Origin: Tubiluchus corallicola | Taxonomy: Eukaryota > Animalia > Priapulida | DNA length: 64,000 nt | Assembly: GCA_030141605.1 (NCBI GenBank) | Contig: JAQGDQ010000687.1 | Span: forward strand, 1-64,000 | Direction of reading: 5' to 3' | Shown here: piece by piece, positions 13,340 through 27,099 of the stretch | Position numbering within the stretch: the stretch's first letter is position 1 | How the letters are laid out: every line of letters starts with the position of its first letter | Program-made: the position numbers and the translations under genes | Notes under the pieces: generated by a model | Seen by the model: the letters and a program-made list of their open reading frames with translations, nothing else | What the model was told of the DNA's origin: nothing | Databases searched by the model: none

Positions 13340-14095
13340 TTGTGATTAAAAGTTTTTTTTACCGTGCAGTAACCGAGAGTGTCTTAACAACAAATAACTT
13401 TTTATTGCTGAAATTTGTTCTTAAATCGATTAGCGATTTTTTTTATTTTTTTAAGGAAATTATAAAACTGTTGTTAGAAATAATTTACTTGAATGTTTTA
13501 TCTTACGTTCCGTTGTTTTACTCTTTTTAATGCACTGTAGACTATTGTACCATTTTGTAACTGCTATTTAATTTATTGTTTTACGTTTCTGCATTTCTAC
13601 AGCAAGTATCATCTTAGATCTTTATGGAGACAATAGTTATATGTAACTATTTTAAAGTGATCAAGTAAAAAATAAATTCTTACTCTTATTCTTAGTTATT
13701 CTTATCCCTCACCGTTTGGTATGGTGCCACGGTGCCACCTCGCAGGAAGATCTATAGCTATGCTCTTGATCAGTTTGTTACGTCCGCTCCAAAAATTAAG
13801 AATTGAAGAGCGACTTACGGTACGTTTGTATGAAACGCAAAAAGAGCGCAAGCTGCATTAATAACGAATATTATACATGCAATAATTTTTTGAAATGCTT
13901 CTCTCTGGCCACAGACACCGTTCAAGTAACGCTAAAACCAAAAAAATAAAGGACTTTCAAATCTTTCTATGCTGTTGCAATTCACACTATCAACATTAAA
14001 TTTCAGTAAATTTGCATTATTTTCTATATCACTGTATATATTTTATTAGCAATTATGTGACAACTGGTTGAATTTATTTATGTGTTAATTTTCTT
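13340..14095 (+). mobile_element. Rex1/Babar-type LINE 3' fragment interrupted by a ~310-bp insertion (about 13390-13700)
   Basis: FYRAVTESVLT ...[insert]... LSLTVWYGA and FEMLLSGHRHRS..AKT...KSFYAVAI match the Rex1 C-terminal (DUF1891-type) motifs. Confidence 0.7.
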
Positions 14096-14105
14096 TTGTT
14101 ATAAT

Positions 14106-14458
14106 CAAGGCCGGATTATGACCTTTTGGGGTCTCTAGGCTAATGAGAATTATGGGCCCTTTCAGACAGACCCACCCTCTAATTTGCTCGCACTCGTCTC
14201 GTATATTTTTTAACTTGTGATACATTTCAGCAACATTTGCGTAGCTGGGGGCCCTAAACAAATGACCTCAAGCAGGGATCTGTTTAGGAGGAGCCACTGT
14301 AACACTGGATTTTCAGATTTCCTAGGCTCCTTTTTCAAAGTTGAAATTTTTATTTTAAGTTATATGAACTATTTAGTAACGTAAAGTTATGGGACCCGCC
14401 CAAGTTTGAGGGATCCTAGGCTGCTGCCTATACTAGCCTCTAGGATAATCCAACCCTG
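14106..14458. mobile_element. hAT-like MITE
   Basis: Imperfect TIRs caaggccggattat / ataatccaaccctg and internal gggccc motifs; no clean TSD. Confidence 0.55.
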
Positions 14459-17295
14459 GATGCAGAACGTAAAATCACATAAATTTCTTTGCGTATGTAC
14501 TATAATATAATGACAATAGAAATGCACACTTACTTGCTTATTGTGGGTAACACAGACCAACGAGTGACTACGACTATCTGTGCTGTATCTTTGACTACAA
14601 TTCAAGCCATGCACTGACTTGTATAAAGTGACAGAGCTAAAAAACACTTTGTCTGTAGGTGGGTAAAAGTGTGCAAAATGTGGCTATTTACGTTTAATAC
14701 ACAAAAAATCTAAATAATAAAACAAGTTAGGCTAAGCAATCTTGACACAGTACAAATTCGCCTTATTTTCAAAACTGTGAAGGCTCTAGTATCTTGAGCG
14801 CTGCTCAATTTCACAATTTTAACACTTAACTTCACCAATTTTTTTAGAACCCCACAACTGAATATAAACAGCTTACGCTAGTGCTTACTGGTTATTTTTG
14901 CTAACCAGTATAGTCTGCTCATTCTCATTTCTTAAGTCCCGTTAGACTATTGAGCATCCCTGACGAACTAATCATGATTCATTGCGAAAATGGGGGAATG
15001 AATGATATAGAAGGCAAAAGTAATGTGGTAAAGCTCTTAACAACAATCACGATGTCTTTCAGCACATATTGTAAGATAATATCTCATCTCATTTATACTG
15101 AAAAAGAAACATGAGACATATGTTGCATAACTTCTGTTTTAAAACGCTGAAGGTTATTTCACACCCTCGAGCACTAGCTTTAAGAATCCTAACATACTTG
15201 TGTAGAATTACATCTTTGAGCACTCTTCCATCAGTTACATAATCTTCACAAATTAGATCTGAGTCTTTTGTAATTATAAGCAGAACATGGAATAAACTTT
15301 TTATTATGTACGTTTGCGTGTAAATGGGGAAGTACAATGACTGTAAATTTGAAAGGGGGCGGAGATAATCAGACTGGCCATTTATTTTTTGGATAGAAAA
15401 GAGAACGTACAGACAAGCTGTTGATAATCGAATTAGAAGACAACTCATTTGGAATAGTCGAAAGAGCACAGGTGGGCGTTGTCTGTAGTACTGTTTTCAA
15501 ACGAGAAAAGGATTCGTTCACTATAGTTACACCTTATTCCGAAATAGTACCTTTGTTATTTGAGCGTTACTAATTTATTTCGAAATAATACGCATTATGT
15601 ATTTGAAAATTGTGGCTTGCCATTTAATTATTCCAAAATCATCGCAACAAACAACTCTTTTCAAATACGAAAATCATTAATCATAAGTAGCATCACTTAT
15701 GGCAGAGTTTGTTTTAAAACTGCGAAAGAGTATGCCCTCTTTTTACAGCAAAAAGCAATAAAAGCTGTACATGTATAGCCTTTCGAGCATAAATGTGTGA
15801 TTGCTGACCGCCCTTTAAACCATTTAATATCAACGGGCATTAATTTCTAATCATTCGGCAACATAAAATGAATTCAAATAATGCGAGCTTTTCATTTAAT
15901 TTTCGCTTCTTGTTGTCATTAACATCCTCCATCTGACTCAACAATAAACATTTGACATTTAATATATGACGTTTTATATTATTATAGTAGACGAACGACC
16001 GGTAAACGCGAAGGCGAAAATTATAAATTGTAGAATATAGGAAGGCGTATAAAACAGTGATTACATGTAATGCAGCTAATGCTGTTTAAATGCACAACTT
16101 ATTCTCACTAAATGGGCAAAGTTGTCTGCAGAAACTCAGTAGGATTTATAAACTATTAATTTAATAACCCATTCGAGATTTATCGTATAGTTTTCGGCTA
16201 TAGTTTTTCGTGGACTGATGACTCGTGCTGCACTGCTAAGTCTGACAGGTTGCAAGAGTGCACTGCATGGGCATTACTGATGATTCGTCGTGAAGGTGAG
16301 ACACTTACTTTCCCGTTATTCTGGACACGCGTGAATGACAGCTTTGCATGATCCAATTTGCATAATTCTTGAATGACATGCTTTCCTGATTGACATCTTT
16401 TCCGGTGAAGCTTACCCAATCAGTAGTCTGGAGTTTTTTTAGCTGACCACTGCTTTTATTGCAAAGCTTAGTTTACCATCGGGAAAGGCTGAAAATCTAC
16501 ACACAAGACAGTAGTCAGGGATGTATGACATGCAAAAATGACAACTTAGAGTGTCACTAACACAACGGGGATGCCCGATAGTCTAACGCGCATAAAAATT
16601 AAATTGTTGGTACTTATTCCTATCCCATTATTATTCGGTATTAGATAAATGGCAGCTTCCCGGCCCAGACAAGACCTCAGGATAAGCAAAAGCAGTATAG
16701 TTGCTAACGTTTTTGAAAAAATCATAGTTTTAAATTTTTATAACTATTGCACGTTACTTAGAAATTTTGTAGAATCATCACTTACGACATTCAGTTTTTT
16801 AAGACGCACCATGACTTTTAAATCTACAATCAGTAACTCCCACACTGTGTGTTGCAACTACTATGATTATAAACACTGCTTCCTACAACACAGGATCGCT
16901 AAGCCAGTAAAATCGGATTATTGGAGAAATGTCGTTAAAAGAGAACCTGAACGTCATTTTCCTTAAGTACTCGACCATTCGCGTCACAGACCAGATTGTC
17001 TTAATTGCATTAACTTTACTTGATAAAACAGCGTCTTTCTGGCTGTTCTCACATTATATAAGGGTAATCATAGCAGCCATGTACCTAGCTAATGTCACAC
17101 GTGTGCAGAATTACCAAACACCATACTACTACAACGAAAAGGCGGGTTGCATCTTTCTACTTTATTATGACAAAGCTACAATAGAAGTTATGGGTGTGTT
17201 TGTAAGATAACTATACTGTCCTCTGTGAACTCTCAATAATGGTTCGTCTTTTAAACAATATGACGTACACCGCAGAAAGATCCAGACAATAATAT

Positions 17296-17886
17296 TGTAG
17301 TGACCTCTTGAACCCCCTTTTTAGAGGACCTACACGCCACGAGTCTGTAAGTCTCATTATGTCTGCGGCTCTGCGCTTCCCCACGAGCGACCCGAGGATA
17401 GCACCGCGCAGACAAGTGACTGCTTCGCTTTGTTTTTAACTAGCTACGTTTATTGGTTTCAAGTGTTAACAGTTGCTTGATTAGATCTTAAACCTATCCG
17501 GTGTGAGTCGCTAGTTTTGTATTTAAAGCTTTTCCTTTTTGAAGTTCGTACGTGGTCAGTCTGTACGATAAGTCAGCACAGGCCCTAGCTAGTTCTCGCT
17601 GATGTTGGTTAGCTAGTGTGTTTTGCGTAATAATATTTTTAGTAAATTATTTCTTTAGTATCAATGGTTAATTTGATGCACTTCTGTTTTTTTTGTAAGG
17701 GGAGTGTGGGAAGGATGTAAACTTGGTTATTACCGATTTTTCAGCTTAACTTATCGTCATCACCCATTGTATATCGGTAATGTTCTTGTGGTGTATGGTA
17801 ATACGTCAATAAATATTAGTCATCTATATCATTTCTCAATACTCAGTGTTTCATTTCTGCAGCAATGTTGGGACGCAGAAGAAACA
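17296..17886 (+). mobile_element. Possible solo LTR
   Basis: Begins TGT and ends ACA, internal AATAAA (~17809), about 590 bp; flanks share TAT but no perfect 4-6 bp TSD. Confidence 0.35.
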
Positions 17887-20800
17887 TATTCAAACTACTG
17901 ACGAGGCGAACGCAGTCAACATTTACCACGTCATTTTATCCCCCCCTCACCGTCGTCACCAGTTTCAAAACAAGCGCTGTAAATTCAACACAAAATTGGA
18001 AGGCTGAATAAATGGAATTTAATTATAGACTTTGCAAACGTAAGTTTAAATATTTATTGAAAAGCAAGATGCACAAAACTGAATTAAGCAAATAGCGAAG
18101 AACAAAACAGCCAATATGAAACTTAAATGAATAGGCTTGCTTTTTCGCTACTTGAATTGCTTAAGAAAGCATACCACCAGTGCTTTTGATGTTTACTGGG
18201 CTTCAACAAATCTAGCTGCTGTTTTAAAGGCTGGGTTTTGTGAATGGATAAGCTTATAATGCATTGCTGTACACAAATAAGAAAAGTAATGAAATAAATT
18301 ACTGTGCAAACATCAGTAATTGTAAAGTTTTAGTATTTCAATATTCCAAAAAACGTTGATGCAATGTTCCGTTTTGACAATGGTGCTAATCATAATAGAC
18401 CAGAGAAAGTGCAGCCACTATGGTGTTGTGTTAAAAAAATTAATGTGCGACATGGACCAGCTCTAGCATCAGGGCTCTTGAACAAACTTACACAGTGCCG
18501 ATAACTGCTGTTGACAACACCCAAGAAAGGTTCAAAATTACTGTGAATTATAAATTATAGCTCCAATACCTAGATGGAGAAGGAAGTTTCCCGATGCATT
18601 TTTTAATTATTTTAAGGATAAATTACTAAGATTCATTTAACGTTGTAACGAGTACTTTACAAAAATAACAGACGCTTAAGTAAATATAATTTATTTTCAA
18701 TTACAGTCAAAAGTAAAGACAAATTTAACTCAAAGAACCCAAACACAATTTCACAAAAATCAACTATGAAAACTTATGTAGTAGAATAAATGCTAATATT
18801 CAATTCCTGCCTCCAAAATCAATCACACCATATACAAAATATCAGTGAATATAATAAAGTCCAATCTTAAACGTAATTATTACATACACATAATATTTCT
18901 TTTTGAGAGTTCACAAAATAATACAAAAAATAACATTTTTAATGTTTGCAAGCAACAATAACATTGTAGTGTCTTCAATTTAAAGAACAGGGCATCTCAT
19001 ACATAACATTTGAAAACTTTACAAAGATCTGTTTGCCTCATAGATTCAAAAAATACAAAGATCTATTACACATACTATCAAAACAATTATTGTAAAATAC
19101 TAGAACGTGGAATGCAAAATTACCTCTCAAAAATCACAACTTCTCTGAATTAATGCTTATATAAACAGTAAAAATTAAAAATAAAACCAGACCAGTTTCG
19201 TAATTAACACATAATCTTCAGTACTGATTGTAAAACTAGAGAATACAGAATGTAGTATTCCAATTCAGTATGAGTTAACACAAAAGTATACCAAACCAAA
19301 AATAAAACAATAATACCATGACAATAACAATAATATGAAAAAAGAAACAGATTGACGGACATGTTCTGCATTACATAAGCAGCATCGTAAACTTGCCAGA
19401 CACACTTGTAGACCTTGTCAAAACAACCTGAATTACATTTTGTTGGAACTGGTATTGGTGGAACATAAATCAGGTTCTTACTTACCAACAAGTTTGTACC
19501 TTAAATGAAATTCCAAGAACCAGTATTGTCAGGAGTACCAGGAAAAAATTTGCTTTCTAAAATTTTTTAATACAATCTTCAATTTTTATCAACAATACAA
19601 AATACATTTGTAATTGACAATTTTCACTATAGTTTGTCATAATTCTTCAAAACACAAAAGAGGGTGAGTTTTGCCTAGCTGTTCTATCCACATTTAAGAT
19701 AGCTATTATAAAATCAATTATAATTATGTTAATGGCTGCTTATTTTTGTTGTTTTAATAATGTTTAGCCCTTGCCTTTGGTGTGCCCAGAAGTACTGTGC
19801 AAGATCTTCGGCTAAGAAAAGTATGGATAAAGAACTAGAAACATATCACACAGAAGAATTTTTTAGGTATTGCATGATTTGCATCATAAAATGCTACATA
19901 ATTTTTGCCAAATGCTACCTCGCACTCACTGCTAATTAATTTTTCCCGAATTATTACTTCAGTAAAAGAATATTGCGTTAAGCATGTTATGTTTTAAACA
20001 GCAGTTATCTTATGGAACTCCTGACTACCATACATGGTACTCGCTGATTCATAAATAGGTGTTCCCATAATTCTGTGTAAGCACATAATTTAGTTGTCAA
20101 TAAGCTCAGCTGATGATTGATGAAACCGATTCATGTTCCAGCTCCATGAAAATAATATGTATTAGTAGCAATTTTTTTCTTCCTTAACAAAATGACATGC
20201 CAGCTTCAATATAAATGAGGTCAGGCTATGTCTTTTTCTGTAATCTGTGCTACAGCTTACATAGATAGCCCAAATGTCATCTCCTTTCTACAATAATTCA
20301 AAAATTGAAAAGGAAAATTATATCTGCATTTTGTGTACTTCTATGTGTGATAAAGATCTTAGAGTGAATTCAAAATGTTGGGGGATTTATGCATGTTACT
20401 AATGAGATATTTCTTAAATGCACTCGTCATGCTCGTTCTGAGGTTACACTGGCTTTTTCTAGCTTTAGCGTATGTTTGTTTTAGCGATGTAAATGCTACA
20501 CATTTGGTGATACGATAACGATATGATGTGACGCATGATAATGATAATCTGTTTTTCAGACGATAAGATAGGATAAATTATTTCGAATGATAAAAACAAA
20601 ACTGAATGTGTGGTTAGTTATTGTGCAACAAATCTAAGCATATTGCAACACTTATTTTTGTAGGTTGTTTCCCGATTAATCTATACATGTAGACACATGA
20701 TTGTAATTTATGATAATGTAATTTTTCCTTGTTTAGTTATAAAATAATATAAATATGTGAGCTGCGATAGAAAAATATATTACGAGGTCATTACTACATA

Positions 20801-21622
20801 ATATATTTATGTGAAATGCACTGCCTGCACATGACTGCACAAATGCCTCTAAAAATACTACACGTGGTATTCATGTGTCACTAAACTGACTGAAGACAGC
20901 CGCTATTGCAGAAAGAAAGAGTAAGAAGATTAATCACACAACCCAATAAATAATTCTTTTAGTGATTTTTTTTGCATAAATCTGATGCATAACTAAAAAA
21001 GCAGAGTGAAATGATTTTATAAAGGTGAATGATAAATACGATAATTATCCATATGTATTGTTATTGTCAACATCCTTAGTTTGTTTACCCACTTGCTATT
21101 GATTTCGGTAATACAGTTTCATTTTTTAATTAAATTAGTACTTTCCGAATTCTTTAGAATTAGAGTCAACGCCGAGGAAGTCATGTTAATGATGAAACAT
21201 ATCTGCTTTAACTACATATATTTTTGCTTAATAAAAGATAATGTGGACTAATACAAAATATAAGCAGAAAGTATTTCGTACACAGAGGAAATAACTCCGT
21301 TTCCTGCTTAAAAATAATGGCTGTAACCTGGAACAACAAATTTTAAAACATTTCTATGCCTGTTAGGCAGGACAAAAATCAATCTCTTAAGAATTAATAC
21401 TATACAGCACTTGTACTAACCACCACCACTAAATAATAAAAAACGATTACAGCGCATAACTTTAATAACTACACCGTATTATAGATATAAAAATAATCAC
21501 TTTTCGTTACTTCTTCAATGTAGCATAATCAAACACCTGAGAAGGATTGTGCATATAGATTTCATAATGTATAACAAAATGCTAATACTAAAGATTTAGT
21601 ACATTTTCATTAAATTAAAGCT

Positions 21623-21796
21623 CTAAAAATAATTTCCATTGTAAAACAGGTCATTCCAATCCGGAAAGAACGTTTCACGAATTCTGTCCACGTATCTTGA
21701 GATATTAGGCAATTTTTCAAGAATATAAGCTTTTTCCGGGCATGTAGGATTACTGTACAAGACCTGACTCAGATGACCAAACAGCCAGCAGTCGAC
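21623..21796 (-). CDS. FAXC: FAXC coding exon 5 (last)
   Basis: VDCWLFGHLSQVLY...PNISRYVDRIRETFFPDWNDLFYNGNYF*; total CDS 960 nt = 319 aa. Confidence 0.92.
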   Translation of the reverse strand, partial: VDCWLFGHLSQVLYSNPTCPEKAYILEKLPNISRYVDRIRETFFPDWNDLFYNGNYF

Positions 21797-22068
21797 CTAC
21801 GTTAAAATATTCTGCTTAAGTGAATTTATTTCTTTAACTGACCAATAAATATGTTTGAGCTATAGAGATTCAGTGATGTTATTATCACTGAGCTTTCCAA
21901 AAGTTTAGAAAAAATAAACAACCGTTTTCAACTTTGTCCTCAAATATTAGAGAATGGCAAAGGAATAATAATTAACTCCAACCAAAATTATATATAATCA
22001 CATTTCCGAGAGACTCAGTAGCTTTGCAAAATTTATAGAAACATTATCATTGACAGAAAAGTTATTAC

Positions 22069-22206
22069 CGATGAAGGTTTACTGCCCATCAAATAGGTTT
22101 GATTAGCTAAACATGTTGAAATGGCATTCAGATCAGCTTCTGCAATATTAATAATTTCAGCTAGCGTGTTTCTTCCATAGCCTTGATAAAACAGTTTTCT
22201 TCTAGA
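22069..22206 (-). CDS. FAXC: FAXC coding exon 4
   Basis: SRRKLFYQGYGRNTLAEIINIAEADLNAISTCLANQTYLMGSKPSS; family motifs G.GR and DL.A.S..L....YL.G.KP. Confidence 0.92.
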
Positions 22207-22336
22207 CTGAAAAACAAAAGTAAATAAATGCATTTCTCTAAGAATAATAAGACAGACCGAATTTCTGACTGTTATTTTTTTACACAATCTCGCAATGTTA
22301 ATCATTATTTGACAGGATATGAAAGAGTAGTCTTAC

Positions 22337-22466
22337 ATAGTTAGTGTAATGATGCATGAAGAGTTGTCCTTTAATATATCCTAAAAAGCTATTTGCCACT
22401 TTCTCTCCTGCTAAGATGGCCCAGTAACCACCGTTATCACAAAAATAGCGATGATAGTTAAATGTC
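22337..22466 (-). CDS. FAXC: FAXC coding exon 3
   Basis: (W)TFNYHRYFCDNGGYWAILAGEKVANSFLGYIKGQLFMHHYTNY; T-rich ATAG acceptor, GTAAGA donor; phases fit the flanking exons. Confidence 0.88.
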
Positions 22467-22739
22467 CTATAAAAAAATAAAGTAACAAATGAATTCCTGC
22501 CAATTTTCTCAGACTGTCTGTACTGCAGAATAACTACTAAAATAAGCTAAACAATATCAATTTGTCTGAGAAATGCATTCACATTATTAGGCTGAATAAA
22601 CGAATTTGGTAGATGAATGTGACGTTTATCCTTAAAGTCGGTCACTCAAACAGCCTTCTTTAGTGCTGTGTTTTAACACAAAAAAGATAATGCTCCCTAA
22701 AGGACCTTGAAAGGATCAAGGACAGCGAACTTTGGCCAG

Positions 22740-23640
22740 TTTTTCGATTATCACTGAACTCCTACAGCTTTCAGTTAGATTAATTTTTTTACAGGTATTT
22801 AGATCCTGAGGTGTAGCTGTGCATTTAAGGATTTTTCAGAAATGTGCAAATGACAGCAAATGGCTTTGTCACTCAACACCTCTTACAGTGTTGGACTAGG
22901 AGACACTGTTATGCATGTGTGGATAGTAAGGCAGCATAAATGCGCATAAGTACTTTTCGAAAAATGGGCCAGGCTAGATCAAATGACAAAGGCAAAGTGT
23001 CAAAACAGGGTCATGTCCATAACTGAGTAAATTTATGAGGTAGTGTCATGAAACTTGCAGGGCAGACACCCGAGATAAATGCTCAGAGTGATATATGAAA
23101 AGCGATCTCTGTGTTAAAAAAACTTTGTCATTCACTTCCTTGCAGCATGACACAAGGACCCTATATTTTTGACGTATGTGTAGCTAGTTAAGGTAGGTAA
23201 GGATAAATTAGCAGTCAGTATTTTTCAAAAAGTAGGCATGACCAGGTCATGTGACAGAGCAAGTGTTAAAACAGGCTTTTATCAATAACTGGGAAAGTAA
23301 ACTAGATGGAGTCAGTAAACTTGATTGAGGGTTGATATCTGGAGTATGGGCTCAGACAACGGAGTAGCAATTGATGACCTTGGATCAAACGCAGATCAAA
23401 AAGGACTATCTGATTTTTGTTAGGCTCTACTTCCTTCCACCTACAGCTTTTAAACTAGGGTCATAATTTTTAGCATGTGGCTAGGCGGTCTTAAGTTCTT
23501 GCACACAGCTAAATATGGGCTATTTGGATGTGGCAAAGTTTTCACTAAGAGTCAAAAACTTGGGGGAGGGGTCAAGCACAGACAAATTCCTATTTCAAAG
23601 AAACGAAATGCAATTCCTAGGTAATTAAGCTTGATGACTT
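22740..23640. mobile_element. HINE-like dispersed repeat, family A copy 2 (FAXC intron 2)
   Basis: cctacagcttttaaactagggtcataatttttagcatgtggctaggcgg is homologous to 10880-10930. Confidence 0.6.
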
Positions 23641-23941
23641 CAAAAACTCAAGTTCTTGGTATAAACACTGTACATAACAGCAAATATGCACTCATGTTAC
23701 CACTCATAAACAATATAGTCTAGTCATGTGATTTAGTCATAAACAACAGTCTATTTTGTATTGTATTGTTTTTATTTTTGCAATTATTACAAAATGCTAC
23801 ACACACCTGTAAGATTGTTACACAATTCTAAGTTTGCATAGTAGTTAATGCAATCTTTCCAGCATAAATTCAGCTTTGATCAAACATTGTCTAGTAAGAA
23901 TGGTTGTTCAGGTACCAAACAGCAAAAAATGTAGAAAATAC

Positions 23942-24141
23942 CAGTACAAGCTGTGCTCCACTGTTTGTTTCAACAAATGTGCTAAAGCTTTCTGGTGTTC
24001 ATCCAATTCATTGTCCATGTCAAGATTGAAATAGCTAGATAATTCTTCTATGATGAAGTTGGAATCAGCATATTCCTTACAATTAAGCTTCAGCATGGGC
24101 AGTTGTCCTTTACTAGACCGACGATGGAGTACGCCTATATG
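23942..24141 (-). CDS. FAXC: FAXC coding exon 2
   Basis: HIGVLHRRSSKGQLPMLKLNCKEYADSNFIIEELS...VEHSLYW; TTAG acceptor (phase 0), GTATTT donor (phase 2). Confidence 0.9.
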
Positions 24142-24176
24142 CTAACCAATGTAGAGAAATCACAGACATTTTCTAA

Positions 24177-24931
24177 GGCCCATTTCACAGTGAAGATGCA
24201 CAGCAAAATGTCTCGAGAACAAATTCCTTACAGCATTCCTCATGAAAATGGAAGACACTGTTTTCTATGGCGTATTTCACAGTGAGGACACGCAGCAAAA
24301 TTACTTGTGCAGTTCCTCATGAGGAATTCTGCCACCAATTAAAAGCCATGTGTCCTCCTCGTGAGAAATTTTGCTGCGTGTAGAAATACTGCATGTTCCA
24401 TTTTCGTGAGGAATCCTAATGGAACTCTGTCGCAAATTTAACTATTCAGCTACTTGTTTACAAATCTTTACTACTTATCTAACAAACAACAATTAACATA
24501 TTACAGTATAAAATTTAAAGATTTGATCTCTCTTTTAACAGACTGACGATTTTATGTTTTATTAATGCAACATCGATGGCTATATTTGTGAAAAAGAAAA
24601 AGAATGCATGTATATATTTATTTCATACATGTATAATTTCAGATTTCGAAGTGGTTAATAAAACTTTACTAAAAGAACAAACAGGTCTGACATTACATTG
24701 ACTAACCTTATTAATTGTGCTTTATATGTGAGAAACTTAATTTAGACATGGTTATATAGTAGAAAACTTGCAAAGTAGCTGCAGCTAACTGGATGTGCAG
24801 TTTTTCCAAGCGGTTTCACTGTGAAATGAACTTTCTTGCTGCTTGGGATTTCAAAAAAAAAATCGAAAACTTTCAGAAAATTTTCTGACAGCAATTCCGT
24901 GTATCATTTTTCTTTCACTGTGAAATGGGCA
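24177..24931. mobile_element. PIF/Harbinger-type MITE in FAXC intron 1
   Basis: TIRs ggcccatttcacagtga / tcactgtgaaatgggca flanked by a TAA target duplication on both sides; internal repeats of the TIR motif. Confidence 0.8.
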
Positions 24932-25246
24932 TAAGAGTCACGCTGAATGGTTAGGCATTTCACAGGCTTAAGACTATGATTTCACTAGCCTACTAAACAC
25001 TAAAACTACCAGCCTCAACATTACCAAACATGGTATTACAAAAACCATTTATAAGTATCAGTCATTTTTTAGACTTCAGGTTTAGAATCAGAAGAGCATC
25101 AGAAATGTATTTATAAGCAACAATTTTTAATCAATAATAGTTGTGATACTCTACTGACACAATAATTATGAAAATAAGCTTTAGTGCACATCACTACAAT
25201 GCCCTCATTTGATTCCAATACTAAGTAACAAGGATGTATCACTCAC

Positions 25247-25564
25247 CTGGTATTTAATGCCATTCATGCGAAGCCATGTCTCCACTTTCAACGAGAAAGG
25301 GCACAAGGAGATCACACCTAATCCCTTCGGAACGCGTGGTAAAGAATACAAGTATACAAAGTCATGTTGCTTTTCTTTTGGTTCCCCTTCCAGCTGTATC
25401 ATTCGTCTTCGTCGCTTGTGAACAAGCCATAGTACTCCAACACCTACACTGATGAAAGCGGTAATCTTCAATACGAACTTATGTGATGACGGTAGTGGCA
25501 CCCTGGTTGGATGCGTAAGAAAGTACTTATGGCTCAGGAAAAAATGTTCCAGCCTTTCAGACAT
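25247..25564 (-). CDS. FAXC: Failed axon connections homolog (metaxin/GST-like), coding exon 1
   Basis: MSERLEHF...ITAFISVGVGVLWLVHKRRRR (TM)...FVYLYSLPR...SLCPFSLKVETWLRMNGIKYQ; acceptor near 25611, donor GTGAGT 25246, phase 0; a probable 5' UTR exon ends at 26596. Confidence 0.92.
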
Positions 25565-27099
25565 CGCTGAGATTCATATATTTTGTGAACATTCCATTAA
25601 ACAGTTACATCTGCAATATGTTTTACAATCTGTAATTTATTTTTAATGCCAAGGTCAAAATTCAGTACATAACCTTATACCAAATATTTCAAAAGTCACT
25701 ATACACAGTTTTTTATTAAGCAAAGAGAGCAGAAGAGAGAAAACAGCTCACAAGAAAACAAATGCTTTAAGGATTTTAAGGATTAATTTAATAAAATTGG
25801 ACAAAAATGTGAAAACAACAACGTTAGTACACTTCGACATATGTACCATCTTATTAAAAGCACTCTAACAAAACATTATTATGTTGTATTTCTAACATCC
25901 GCAAGCATTTTGTGTGAATGTTTGTATAATAATCTATAATTCTTATCTTAAGTTCATGAAGGCATCTTGGTCTTGTCAATAAACTTTGCACTTCATGCCA
26001 AAAAGAAAATGTGTATACAAGATTGATCAGCACTTTTAGCTAACAAACCAATCAACTTTGCTGCTTACCGATATCAAATGAGAACAAGTTGGATAAAATA
26101 CGTAAATATTGCTGATACAAAAATCATTTTTAAACCGAGTTGTCTCACAAGCTATTGTACATAGCAAAAGATATTACACAAGTATAAAGCTTTAATGGTG
26201 AAACTCCATAATTTACTTTTAATCGTTAGTTTGATTTTCAGGACTTTATTAATTTTGTCAATAAAACAAAATAAAAACCAAATGTATCAATGGAGCTTAT
26301 AGCACTTATTTCGTCATTTTCTCACAAATGGTGAAAAGTTCAGAAACTATGTTATGGACACTCAACAATAAGATGTTAAATGGCAACAAAATGACGATAA
26401 AACCTAAAAAAGTGGAACTAGAACTAAAATCTAGGATTTAATCTAATCTATGTTCTGCTTACTAGACAGATCACTAGAGCCTAATGAGCCTACACTAACG
26501 TAACTACAAGTTTACGACCAAGTAGTGTCAAAGGACGTCAAAAAAGTTAAGAGAAGTTGTAAATTAAATTAAGAGATTAAGTCCCACAAAATTACCTGAT
26601 TCACAAAAAAGTTAATCAAAACATTTATACAGTTCACAACGATAAAAATTAGTAGCGCAATAGAACAGCTTAAATGATTACAACTCAGCAGTAGAACGAA
26701 ATTACTTATCCTGCGGTGTATTAGGCAGGTGGTCTTTCATCATGAGATATCATTGGCAAGTGAACAAAATATGGCTGCCTCATGTAAATCATATCTTTAT
26801 GATGTAAATTATTTTGTCGTAGCAATATGCTATACATTTCAAAACTTTTGCTGTAAGTTTTAAGTATTTTACTTTTATACTATTTTCTTATAAATTCAGA
26901 TATTTTTATGGCATGACCAGGCTCAATTTAATGACGATTGGAACTTGTTTTCCAATCACAACCGAACACGACTGTTTATTCACTGATGACTGATCATCGA
27001 TGATCGATTCGGCCCATCACTAGACTATATCCGGTCAAGCATGGTCAACTTAGGTCCATACTTGTATATTATTCTGCTCAGGTGTGATTAACTAGTGTG

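Noticed and set aside
15089-15469. 126-aa minus-strand ORF
   Set aside because: Non-ATG start, no recognisable motif, no coherent splice structure
19486-19556. Exon-like minus-strand block with a hydrophobic frame downstream of FAXC
   Set aside because: FAXC already terminates in exon 5, and no compatible upstream donor or partner exon was found
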